The notes beneath the pieces were generated by a model. That model made no database searches, was not told the DNA's origin, and was given only the letters and a program-made list of their open reading frames with translations. Below are positions 32,108-41,300 of a DNA stretch of 64,000 nt, piece after piece. Position 1 is the stretch's first letter. Every line of letters begins with the position of its first letter. The position numbers and the translations under genes were made by a program. Source of the stretch: Candidatus Hydrogenedentota bacterium (GTDB lineage: Bacteria; Hydrogenedentota; Hydrogenedentia; Hydrogenedentales; SLHB01); assembly GCA_963668025.2 (NCBI GenBank), contig CAXXTH010000010.1:480001-544000 (forward strand), written 5' to 3'.

Positions 32108-32587
32108 ATGGATAGCATAAAGCGCGCCAAATGGCCTGGAATGAATGATATGGAAAACACAACGATGGAAACGATGGATATATCCGAGGCGGCGCATCCG
32201 GCTGCCGCCCTGTGCATTCGCGATTTTGAGAAAAAAGGGCGTGGAGTCGTTGCACTGCGCTCGTATGAGCCTGGCGAGACTATCGAAACCGCACCGGTTA
32301 TTGTCATCCCGAGCGCCCAATGGCCCGCCCTTGAGGGCACCGTGCTGTATGATTACGGATTCGCATACGGGCCGGAACTGGAAGATATGGCCATCGTGCT
32401 GGGATTCGGCTCGCTATATAATCACAGTTATGAACCCAATGCGAAGTATGTGCGCTACACGGAAGAGCGTTTGATCGAGTTCCTCGCCATCCGCCCCATC
32501 CAGCCGGGGGAAGAGATCACGGTGAATTACAACTGCGACCCGAATGACCGTTCGCCGTTGTGGTTTCCCTGTGATGAGCCGGAATAA
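32108..32587 (+). CDS. Stand-alone SET-domain protein (lysine methyltransferase-like)
   Basis: KGRGVVA, SLYNHSYEPN, IQPGEEITVNY. The start may be a downstream Met. Confidence 0.88.
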   Translation: MDSIKRAKWPGMNDMENTTMETMDISEAAHPAAALCIRDFEKKGRGVVALRSYEPGETIETAPVIVIPSAQWPALEGTVLYDYGFAYGPELEDMAIVLGFGSLYNHSYEPNAKYVRYTEERLIEFLAIRPIQPGEEITVNYNCDPNDRSPLWFPCDEPE

Positions 32588-32632
32588 GTGGCTGTAAAGC
32601 AATCGCCTCTTGGCTATAAGGAACCGACTCTC

Positions 32633-32702
32633 GTAGCATGGGCGTCCCGCCCATGAAACGGACGCTATAGCCATCGCTTCATGGGCGAGACGCCCATGCT
32701 AC
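32633..32702. repeat. GTAG-family REP doublet (REPIN-like)
   Basis: GTAGCATGGGCGTCCCGCCCATG and inverted CATGGGCGAGACGCCCATGCTAC. Confidence 0.85.
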
Positions 32703-32882
32703 ACAAAACTTGAGCAGAATATCTGGCGAACGCGCTTCCCTGCGAAAGCAGGAGCGGATTATTGCACGTGATGGTGATAACCGGAGGCACGGAGTCGGTT
32801 TCGGTATACGGCGCGTAAGAAACAATACGTGTCTCGCTGGTGGCAACCTGCACGGCGTACAGGGCAACAGGAGCAAAGCGAG

Positions 32883-33914
32883 CTATTTCGTTCGCACCAC
32901 ACGGAAGCCCCGCTCTATGGTATAAAGGCTTGGTGGCCAACTGTCGCGATTTGCTGATCGGCATAAGTCGGGGCCACTGTACCATGAACCACCCCTCGCT
33001 ATCCGGAAATTCCCCTTGGCTGGTCCTTTCGGATCCTTCACTGGGCGAGGAGAATAGTTTTCATTTTGGTAAGGGTCTTCGCACCATTCCTGTACGTTTC
33101 CCTCCATATCGTACAACCCCCAAGGATTTGCATGAAAGCTTCCCACTGGCGCCATGCGCCAATAGCCGTCGGAAAACGGAAACCTTCCCTCAAGATCCCG
33201 AGTTTTCCCGTCTGGCCACGCCGTCAAATCCGAGCCGTTGATTTTGCCCTGGCCATCCTCGATCCTATCGCCCCACCAGAACTCCGTGGTCGTGCCTGCC
33301 CGGCACGCATATTCCCATTCCGCCTCCGTGGGCAATCGATAGGCGTTTCCCGTTTTCTTGCTCAACCACGCGCAAAAGGCTTTTGCATCGTTCCAACTCA
33401 CCTGCACTACTGGTTCATCGGCCTTTATTTCCCAGCCAAGCTTTCGCCAGTTTGCGCCAGCGGTCTTTTCGAATTTCAACGAGCTTGGATTGAATGTATA
33501 GGCATATCCACATTTTTCGGCAGTCGTCTGGTAGTTGGTTTCCTGTATAAACCGCTCGAATTCATGGTTCGTCACCTCTTTCACGCCCATCCAGAAACCG
33601 TTGGTCAAGGTCACCGTGTGCTGCGGGTGTTCATTTTCGAAAGAATCCTTTTCGCCACCATAAGCTGCTGCGGTCTCCTCCGGACTCAGCTTGGAGCCCA
33701 TTTGGAAGGTGCCAGGTGGAATCCACGCGAACTCGCTTCCGTCGAATTCACGCACCTCGCCCGGTTTCGGCTCCGTGGGCGCGTTCTCCCCAACATCAGG
33801 GGATGGAGCCGCCTGTTCTTGGACGGATGGAGCGGAAGCACCCAACAGAATCAACACGGCTACAAAGAGCATGCATCGTTGTTTCCCATGCATATGCACA
33901 TCCTCCTTCTGCAT
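32883..33914 (-). CDS. Secreted FGE-sulfatase/SUMF1-domain protein
   Basis: Signal peptide; IPPGTFQMGS, VSWNDA, RLPTEAEWEYACRAG, NPWGLYDMEGNVQEW, RGGSW, GFRVV. Confidence 0.92.
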   Translation of the reverse strand: MQKEDVHMHGKQRCMLFVAVLILLGASAPSVQEQAAPSPDVGENAPTEPKPGEVREFDGSEFAWIPPGTFQMGSKLSPEETAAAYGGEKDSFENEHPQHTVTLTNGFWMGVKEVTNHEFERFIQETNYQTTAEKCGYAYTFNPSSLKFEKTAGANWRKLGWEIKADEPVVQVSWNDAKAFCAWLSKKTGNAYRLPTEAEWEYACRAGTTTEFWWGDRIEDGQGKINGSDLTAWPDGKTRDLEGRFPFSDGYWRMAPVGSFHANPWGLYDMEGNVQEWCEDPYQNENYSPRPVKDPKGPAKGNFRIARGGSWYSGPDLCRSANRDSWPPSLYTIERGFRVVRTK

Positions 33915-34016
33915 TAGTCAAGCATAACACCCCGAACGCGCCTCGCGCAAGCATTAATCCGGCTTCCGCAGCCAATACGCGCCGGGATTGCCAACCGGCG
34001 CTGAACTAGGCCCCCG

Positions 34017-34050
34017 TTTTTACCACAGGGAGCACGGGGAGGCGCGGGGA
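34017..34050 (+). repeat. Three-box periodic repeat arm (CCACGG type)
   Basis: TTTTTACCACAGGGAGCACGGGGAGGCGCGGGGA. Confidence 0.55.
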
Positions 34051-34235
34051 ACGCAATAGCTCTCAAGAACGCATGCCTAAGAAGCATGGGTACACTATCA
34101 AAGAAAGGCCATTCGCGACGCGAAAGCCGTTGCAGGGGAAGCAGGCGCGCCTGTATGCTGAAATACGGTGCAACGCAACCGTGTTGTAGAACCAGACGTC
34201 TTTGAAACCGTACACAACCAGGGATAGGGGACAAT

Positions 34236-35144
34236 ATGGTTACACTCAAGCAATATCTTGCCTACTCGCGCGCTCCGTTTGTCACGTCGTCGGCGGTGCC
34301 GGTGGTCTTGGGCGGCGCGGCGGCGTGGTGTTTCAATCATACTTTTAACCTGCTTGCGTTCGCACTTACCATGGCGGGCATGGTCTTTGTCCACTTCGCC
34401 GTCAATCTGTTCAACGATTATTACGACAGCCTGCAAGGGGCCGATCAATTCAATGAAAACCGGAATTCATTGGGCGGCGGCTCAGGCGTCATCGTGCGAG
34501 GAGAAGCGCCCGCGCTCCTGATATGCAACTTGGGCATCTTCAGCCTCACCATGTCGCTGATATGCGGCGTTACGTTGATGTGCTGGATTGATGGCGGTAT
34601 CGGGCCGATTTTTTGGTTCATGATCGCCGGATTCATTGGCGGATTTTTTTATACGGCGCCGCCATTGAAATTCGCGTATCGCGGATGGGGTGAAGTGGAT
34701 ATCTTCATCGCCTTGTGCGTGCTTCCTGTCGCGGGAACCTACTATGTCCTCACCTCGACGCTTTCATGGACGCCGGTGATCGTTTCGCTGCCCATCAGCT
34801 TTCTGATGACGGACCTGCTGTGGATAAACCAGTTTCCGGATTATCCCTCAGACAAAGCCTCTGGCAAGGGCACGATGGTGGTCCGCATGGGCACATCCCG
34901 GGCGCGCTATGTGTATCCGGTTTTGGCGGTTTGCGCATATATTTGCGTGGCAATTCCGCCGCTCTTGATGGGATGGCCCAAGGCATATTTGCTGGGGCTC
35001 GTGGGTATTATCCCTTCGATATGCGCCATGCGCATCATCATGCGCCATCACAACGAACCTAAGCGCATTATCATGGGCCAGATCATGAGCATCACGGCTC
35101 ATGGGCTTACGGGAATCTTTTCCGCCATAGGACTGCTCTCGTAG
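34236..35144 (+). CDS. menA: UbiA-family prenyltransferase, MenA-like (1,4-dihydroxy-2-naphthoate prenyltransferase)
   Basis: NLFNDYYD, GGSG, YTAPPLKFAYRGWGE, NQFPDYPSDKASGKGT; multiple TM helices. Confidence 0.8.
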   Translation: MVTLKQYLAYSRAPFVTSSAVPVVLGGAAAWCFNHTFNLLAFALTMAGMVFVHFAVNLFNDYYDSLQGADQFNENRNSLGGGSGVIVRGEAPALLICNLGIFSLTMSLICGVTLMCWIDGGIGPIFWFMIAGFIGGFFYTAPPLKFAYRGWGEVDIFIALCVLPVAGTYYVLTSTLSWTPVIVSLPISFLMTDLLWINQFPDYPSDKASGKGTMVVRMGTSRARYVYPVLAVCAYICVAIPPLLMGWPKAYLLGLVGIIPSICAMRIIMRHHNEPKRIIMGQIMSITAHGLTGIFSAIGLLS

Positions 35145-35178
35145 CGGCAGCCCCATGGCGGAAATGGCGCAGGAACGG

Positions 35179-37179
35179 TTATCGCTCCATGTCCGTCAGC
35201 AACACGAACGAGCGCGCGGGCAGAGCGACGGTTACTGTTTTGCCTGCTTGAGCGCGCAATACGCCGGAAGCGCCTATCATCATCCCTTCCGGCGTGGGTA
35301 CGGTCTGTTCCGAGTATTCATACCGCCGTAGCGTCCTGTCATGGGAAGCGCCTGCTTGCAGGTTCACTTGTATATCTTGCCCGCCCCGGTTGGCCATCAT
35401 CACCGTAAGCTCGCCTTGAGGCGACAGGAACGCCACCGCCGGAACGGATTCCGCTTGAGGCTGCACATCGACCGCAATCACCTTGCTATCTGGCTTCGTA
35501 TAGCGGTTCACCAAGGACCAGGAGAAGTATCCCGGACGTGGACGCCAGCCTTCATCCCGGAAACGCCATAGGCCATACAGTTGCTTAGGCTCGTCACCGT
35601 CTGGACGCTCCACCGGGTAATACGTGTCCATCAGGCACCACATCAACACGGCGGAAGCGCCTTCGCGCGCGGCGACAATCCCGAAATCCGCCAGGAACAG
35701 GCCGTATTCGTACTTGTGATTCTCTGTGTTTTCAAATGTCCCGCCGCCATATCCAAATTCCGCAATCATCAACGGCTTGGCGGGCTTGGACGGTTCGAGC
35801 TGCTTGAGGTAGTCCATACGGCTGCGCAGCCAATACGGCAGCAGGCGCGTATCTTGATGGGAATACGTATGCACCGTCATGACATCCATGACATCTTTGC
35901 CCAAGGGCATCGTTTCCTTGATATAGCGGCTAACGGAGGTGGCGCCGCCGCCGCTGGCGTGGGGGCCGAGGAGCTGCACATCCTCGCGCAGATTCCTCGC
36001 GCGCAGTTCTTTGTCCAGCATGCGCAGCATGCCCACGAATTCCTCGGGGTCCGTCCGGCGAATGTTGTCATTATCCGGCTCACAGCAAATGGATATATAT
36101 TTTAGGTTTGTAACGCCCACATCTTTTCGAAGATATTGCACCGCATCCGCCAAGCTCCGCATCACGGCGGGCTGCTTTTCCGCTGGCGGGAGCTTGGGCG
36201 CTAGGGAAGCGCTCGGCCCGCCTTCACGCGATGGGAATTTGGATAGATCCCAGCCCATCCAATCCGCGTACGCGAAATTGTCGCCCCAAGGCGTCAACAC
36301 CACGGTGGTTCCGATGCTCTGTAAAAACCTCAGCCAATACGCCAAATCCTTCATCTCGTCGGAGTCCGGCGTTTGTTTGCCTTCTTCCGGCTCCCACCAT
36401 TTGAAATTGAAGAACACGAGGATCACGCCAGGCCGCATGCTTTCGATGCGGCGGTTGATCATTTCCCGGTCGCGGTCATCCACACCCCGTTTTATATTGC
36501 GCGGCGTGGTGAGAAAATAATCGCCATGCGCTCCAAAACCGATGAAGTGCTCGTTGAGCACTTTATCCTCTTGGACCGAGAGGCTGAGTTCAGAGCCTTC
36601 GTATAGGGCATGCATTACATTGGTGCGGACCACTGAGACATCATCAAACCAAGCCGTTCCTTCGCCATAGAGGCCCATGACTACGAGCATCCGGTCGGCT
36701 TCTTTCGGCGCAATCGCCAGCGTGTTTAACTGCGTCCAGTCGCGGTCTCCGCCTCCGATGTCATCGCCGCTGATATCTGGTTCCAGGCGTTTATCGCCTT
36801 GAAAGAAAATCACCGTCATGTTTGGGCCCCAGTTGTTTTTTACGCCCTGGCCTTTCACCCAGACAGAGACACTATATTCCTCACCTGGCTTTACCTGCTC
36901 GAACATATAGTTGAAGCTGGGAAAACCTGCCGCGCCCTTGGGGCCAACAATAATCCGGGCGGAAGCGCTTCCGGTATGCCCCACCGATGCGTCGCGGGCA
37001 AATGTGGTGTCGTCGTTCGTGAAATGATTCCATTGATTGGGCATTTCGCCGCCTTCCTCCGCGGAAGGATTGGGAAAGAGATTCGTAGGCGGCGCATCTT
37101 CAGCGGCTGCCCAAAGGGGCATGCACGCGGTAAATATGAATGCCAGCGCGATGGTTAATCGTCTCATCTGATTCCACAT
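35179..37179 (-). CDS. Secreted clan GH-A glycoside hydrolase (GH30/GH5/GH39-like) with N-terminal CBM-like domain
   Basis: Signal peptide; NLFPNPSAEEG...AWFDDVSV (CBM4/9-like); CEPD acid/base and IAEFG nucleophile; C-terminal beta-sandwich ending LPARSFVLL. Confidence 0.7.
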   Translation of the reverse strand: MWNQMRRLTIALAFIFTACMPLWAAAEDAPPTNLFPNPSAEEGGEMPNQWNHFTNDDTTFARDASVGHTGSASARIIVGPKGAAGFPSFNYMFEQVKPGEEYSVSVWVKGQGVKNNWGPNMTVIFFQGDKRLEPDISGDDIGGGDRDWTQLNTLAIAPKEADRMLVVMGLYGEGTAWFDDVSVVRTNVMHALYEGSELSLSVQEDKVLNEHFIGFGAHGDYFLTTPRNIKRGVDDRDREMINRRIESMRPGVILVFFNFKWWEPEEGKQTPDSDEMKDLAYWLRFLQSIGTTVVLTPWGDNFAYADWMGWDLSKFPSREGGPSASLAPKLPPAEKQPAVMRSLADAVQYLRKDVGVTNLKYISICCEPDNDNIRRTDPEEFVGMLRMLDKELRARNLREDVQLLGPHASGGGATSVSRYIKETMPLGKDVMDVMTVHTYSHQDTRLLPYWLRSRMDYLKQLEPSKPAKPLMIAEFGYGGGTFENTENHKYEYGLFLADFGIVAAREGASAVLMWCLMDTYYPVERPDGDEPKQLYGLWRFRDEGWRPRPGYFSWSLVNRYTKPDSKVIAVDVQPQAESVPAVAFLSPQGELTVMMANRGGQDIQVNLQAGASHDRTLRRYEYSEQTVPTPEGMMIGASGVLRAQAGKTVTVALPARSFVLLTDMER

Positions 37180-37376
37180 CGGAATGCTCACTCCTATCGC
37201 TTGACTGTATCTGCACAGGGGGCTATCCCCAGATACTCCCCACTCGTACGCAAACCGCCTTGGCTGCCTGAACACGCTTCAGAACAGCCGCCATCCTTTA
37301 AAGTGGCAACAAGCTGCCACTTTGATTTCCTCTTTCGTATATTCCGCCGATATATCTTCGCTTTGGCTTACCAGCC

Positions 37377-39647
37377 TTATTTACAGTAAATGACACTTCC
37401 CGCTTCGGGGTCCAACGTTCCTTGAATGGAGGTGCTTGCGGTCTGTTTCCAAGCGGGACTATCCGGCCATAGAAGCTCTTCAGCCGTCGCCGTGCGCCCA
37501 AAGTCCAGCACGAATTCGGCAGGTGTTTGGCCTTCATTGAGGAGGATATACAACTCCCCGTCTTTACTCGTTAACCGGCGGCATATGATCGTGTTGGCCG
37601 GAGCGCCAAGCTTCCACGGATTGGCTTTGATGAACGGACGCACGATATCGGCCACGGCGCGATACCGCTCGGGCGGCGTATCCGCATCCCGGCAGGAAAG
37701 CCCCAGCAATGTGCCGGTCCAAATCGCATGGCCTTTTTGATAATCATTCACGGTGATGAGCGGACGCCCCTCGGAATCCCGGTGCGTGGTGCGGGCGGAT
37801 AGCGGCTCGACGGGCTGGAGGAATTTCACTGCGGCCAGCGGCGTAGCCGCGCCTGTTTCATCGAAAATAGGCTTGCTTTCATCGAGCTGGTTGTGCGAAG
37901 TGAACCGGTCAAAGTATTGCTCAGCTTGTTTGCTGGTGATGTCCGTCCATCCACCGTAGGCTATTTCCGGACTGAGCGCTTTCACGCCCAGCACTTCTTG
38001 AAGGCCGAGGCCAGGCTGCTCATCAAACGGCATATGCCACGGAGTGGTGAACGCCGTCATGCTGTCCACGAGTATCGTACCGCCTTGGGCGGCGTACTCG
38101 CGCAACGCCTTTGCGACATCTTCCGTCATGCACATGGAGAACGGCACATAAATAACGTCGTACTGGCTGGCTTGGCCGTTCAGCAAACCCAATTCATCAA
38201 TGAAATCGCATCCAAGCTGCTCTTTTCGCATGGCTTTGTAGAAGCCATATTGGTTCATGACATACCACATCGACATGGCGTGATAACTGGATGAACGCCG
38301 GTACAGATAAATCGAGGCGTCCATGGAATCGAAAATCGCCACCCGCGTATCCGCCGGGCGCATTTCATAGAGAAGCGCATTGTGTTTTGCCGCCATTTCG
38401 CCAAAATGGGAAAGCAGCCGCGATTTGTCACTGGGAGAGCCATCGAGTTGGCGGAAATTCCAAGCGCCAGCGTTGGGGCCTTCTTTGAGCGGATTCCATA
38501 TCCATATGAAATATCCTTTCGAGCCTTCGGCCAAGTGGCACAGCGCCATGCCCAGCAGATCCTTCGCGGTGGGCGATTGCAGCCGCGTGCTCTCGCCGAG
38601 GTCCAGCCCGCCCAACACTTCGCCGGTGTAGGAAGCATCGCGGCCGCGTGTGGAGCAGTAGATTTTTCGGACCGTGGCGCTGATGGCGATGCGGGTGTCC
38701 CTTGGCATATCCGCCGTTTCGAAATGCCAGTGGGCATGGGCTTGCGCGCTTGGGCAATCCACGGCGTCCGCCAGCCACCACATGTTCCGGCCATTCTCGA
38801 TAGGCTGGTTGTGGAGCACATCCGGCGGCGTGCAACTGGTGGGATGCGCCGGATCAAGCTCTTTCACGTAATCGGCGACAAAACGGACTTGTTCCGCCAG
38901 GGCATATGCGGTGAAGGTAATATAATCGTTCAATCCTTGGAAATTGTTCCATCCGCCCATGGATGGGTTATTGATGGGAAACGCATTGGCGAACGAGTTT
39001 TGCGTGGACGATAGCGCGCTCTCCGCACCCCAATTACGCTGAAGGAATTGCGCTTCGGACTCGTACCGGCTGGGCAGCCAGCTCCGGTAGAGCACCAGTG
39101 TTTCCGGGCAAGGCTCGGCTTTCCAACTGCGGGACGGCTCGATGTCCACCGTCCACATGCCCAGGGCGGGTTCGTCTTTATACCGGGAAACCAGTTTTTG
39201 GATATGTTCTTTATACGCTAGCCGGTTTTCCGGCTTATCCGCCTGTCCATCCAGCCATCCGGGAAGTTGCGGCAGCACGGGATTGAGTTTGACGCCATAC
39301 TGGGCGGCGGCTTTGAAGCACACATCAAATTTCTTCAGCTTAGGTTCCGGATCGATGCCCACGGGCATGGTCCAAAACGCCAGGCGCGCGCCGTTGATTT
39401 TGTCTTCCTGGGCCATTTTCCTGAAATCTTCCATAATGGATTCATCGGACACCCCCGGATTCACCCAATACTGGACGCCATGAATGAATCCCATGGATGG
39501 AGTTCGGTATTGACTGGCAGGTTTGGGATAATAGGCGGGGCGGCTCAATTCTTCCTGCCCGTTTACGATAAAAGACACGGAGAACAATAGCGCAACAGAC
39601 AAGCTTAGCGTCTTGGAAAGAATGCGCGTGGTGCGATATGGTTTCAT
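37377..39647 (-). CDS. Secreted beta-galactosidase-like glycoside hydrolase (GH42-like with trimerisation domain)
   Basis: Signal peptide; WTVDIEP, YVKELDPAHP, YDVIYVP, YAAQGGTIL, TVNDYQKGHA. Confidence 0.7.
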   Translation of the reverse strand: MKPYRTTRILSKTLSLSVALLFSVSFIVNGQEELSRPAYYPKPASQYRTPSMGFIHGVQYWVNPGVSDESIMEDFRKMAQEDKINGARLAFWTMPVGIDPEPKLKKFDVCFKAAAQYGVKLNPVLPQLPGWLDGQADKPENRLAYKEHIQKLVSRYKDEPALGMWTVDIEPSRSWKAEPCPETLVLYRSWLPSRYESEAQFLQRNWGAESALSSTQNSFANAFPINNPSMGGWNNFQGLNDYITFTAYALAEQVRFVADYVKELDPAHPTSCTPPDVLHNQPIENGRNMWWLADAVDCPSAQAHAHWHFETADMPRDTRIAISATVRKIYCSTRGRDASYTGEVLGGLDLGESTRLQSPTAKDLLGMALCHLAEGSKGYFIWIWNPLKEGPNAGAWNFRQLDGSPSDKSRLLSHFGEMAAKHNALLYEMRPADTRVAIFDSMDASIYLYRRSSSYHAMSMWYVMNQYGFYKAMRKEQLGCDFIDELGLLNGQASQYDVIYVPFSMCMTEDVAKALREYAAQGGTILVDSMTAFTTPWHMPFDEQPGLGLQEVLGVKALSPEIAYGGWTDITSKQAEQYFDRFTSHNQLDESKPIFDETGAATPLAAVKFLQPVEPLSARTTHRDSEGRPLITVNDYQKGHAIWTGTLLGLSCRDADTPPERYRAVADIVRPFIKANPWKLGAPANTIICRRLTSKDGELYILLNEGQTPAEFVLDFGRTATAEELLWPDSPAWKQTASTSIQGTLDPEAGSVIYCK

Positions 39648-39684
39648 ATGTCGTGACTCCTTTTTGGATAAAAAACAGACGTTA

Positions 39685-41259
39685 TCAGGTCATATCCGTC
39701 AGCAAGAAGAACGAGCGTCCAGGGAGTTCCAGCGTAGTGGTTTGCCCCGGATTGACTACGATGACTTCTCTCGCGCCAAGCATTTCATCCGTTCCCGTTG
39801 GAATCGTTTCTGGGGTGAATGGATAAAGCCGCAAGGCCACAGGATGCGTAAGCCCGGAAGTGAGATTGACGGCGAAAGGCTGTTCCGAACGATTCACCAT
39901 GGGAAGGGTGACGCGGCCTTCTGGTGTAACAAAGAGCACCGCCTTGATGGAGTCATTCGCTGGCTCAATGGCTACTTTGTATACATTGCTGCCCGGTTGC
40001 GTATACCGGGTGAGGAGCGACCAGGAATAGAAGCCTGGCCGAGGTTTCCAGCCTTCATCCAGCCAGCGCCACATGCCATATTCCTGTTTATGCTCGGTGT
40101 CACGGCTTTCCCGGTCATAATAGGTATCGAACATGCACCACGCCAGGGCGGCCGTTGCGCCAGCCTCCACCGCCGTGATGCCGAAATCGGGCAAATAGAG
40201 GCCATATTCATACTTGTGGTTTTCCAGGTTTTGGAAAGTCGAGCCGCCATACCCGAATTCCGTGATCATGAGCGGTCTCTGGATTTGCAGTTTATCCAGC
40301 ACCGCCTGCCTCGATTGGATGAATCCGGGCAGCTTGGGCAAATCCTCCGGCTTATGCACGTAGGTATGCGAGGACGTGGCGTCAAACAATTCCTTATCCA
40401 ACGAGATGGTCGCTTCAAACCAAGGATCCACGCTGTCCAGCGGGCCGCCGCTGTCATCAGGCCCCAAGAGCATGACGCCCTCACGCAAGCCTTGCGCCCG
40501 CAGTTCTGTATCCAGCAGGCGGGTAAGCCGCATGTATTCTTCCGCAGGCACGGGCCGCTGTGCGTCGTTATCCGGCTCGTTCATGAAACATAAATAGCGG
40601 ACGTTATCCAGCCCTTCGTCCACGCGCAGATATTTCACCAAGTCCACCAGCGAGCGGACCGTGGCGTCGCGTTTTTCCGGGATCGGCAGCTTGGGGGCCA
40701 TGGACCACGAGGATATCGAAACCTCTTTTTCCCCTCCCCCTTGAAAACGTTCCTCGAATCCTTTGGAAGGCAGCATCCATTCGCTATAAGCGAAATTCTC
40801 GCCCCATGGCGTCAACAGCACCGAAGCGCCGATACTCTGTAAGAACCGGCACCACTTGACGTAATCGCGCATTTCTTCGCTGTCGGGAGTTTGCTTGCCT
40901 TCTTCGGGCTCCCACCATTTGTAGTTGAAGAATGTGCGGATCAGTTTCGGGCGCATTTCTTCGACCCGCCGGAAAATGAGTTCGAGGTCGCGCTCGGCCA
41001 CGCCGCGTTCCGCATTACACGAACGGGTCAGGAAGAAATCGCCATGAAAACCAAAGCCAAGAAACGGGCTGCATGCGATGGCTTGCTCATCCATGTGCAT
41101 GGAAAGCGGATGGGCCGCGCCGTATTCCGCCGGCGCGGCCTGCATCACGACACATAAAAAAATGGCCAAGGCAAGCTGGCCGTATAATCGGAAATAGCAG
41201 GTCACCGTGGAAATGCCTAGATTCGCGTGTCTCGTAACCATCTCTATGAACACCTCCAT
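39685..41259 (-). CDS. Clan GH-A glycoside hydrolase, paralogue of 35179-37179 without the CBM
   Basis: FMNEPD and ITEFGY; shares KWWEPEEGKQTPDS and ENHKYEYGL with the paralogue. The start is uncertain. Confidence 0.72.
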   Translation of the reverse strand: MEVFIEMVTRHANLGISTVTCYFRLYGQLALAIFLCVVMQAAPAEYGAAHPLSMHMDEQAIACSPFLGFGFHGDFFLTRSCNAERGVAERDLELIFRRVEEMRPKLIRTFFNYKWWEPEEGKQTPDSEEMRDYVKWCRFLQSIGASVLLTPWGENFAYSEWMLPSKGFEERFQGGGEKEVSISSWSMAPKLPIPEKRDATVRSLVDLVKYLRVDEGLDNVRYLCFMNEPDNDAQRPVPAEEYMRLTRLLDTELRAQGLREGVMLLGPDDSGGPLDSVDPWFEATISLDKELFDATSSHTYVHKPEDLPKLPGFIQSRQAVLDKLQIQRPLMITEFGYGGSTFQNLENHKYEYGLYLPDFGITAVEAGATAALAWCMFDTYYDRESRDTEHKQEYGMWRWLDEGWKPRPGFYSWSLLTRYTQPGSNVYKVAIEPANDSIKAVLFVTPEGRVTLPMVNRSEQPFAVNLTSGLTHPVALRLYPFTPETIPTGTDEMLGAREVIVVNPGQTTTLELPGRSFFLLTDMT

Positions 41260-41300
41260 CTAAATCCGGTTATCGCATGCCTTGGCCGTTTTAACCTCTT

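Noticed and set aside
6582-33914. Diversity-generating retroelement (RT plus FGE/C-type-lectin-fold targets at 8138 and 32883)
   Set aside because: The RT has group II intron motifs and full intron boundaries; I found no template repeat matching either C-terminus and no avd gene.
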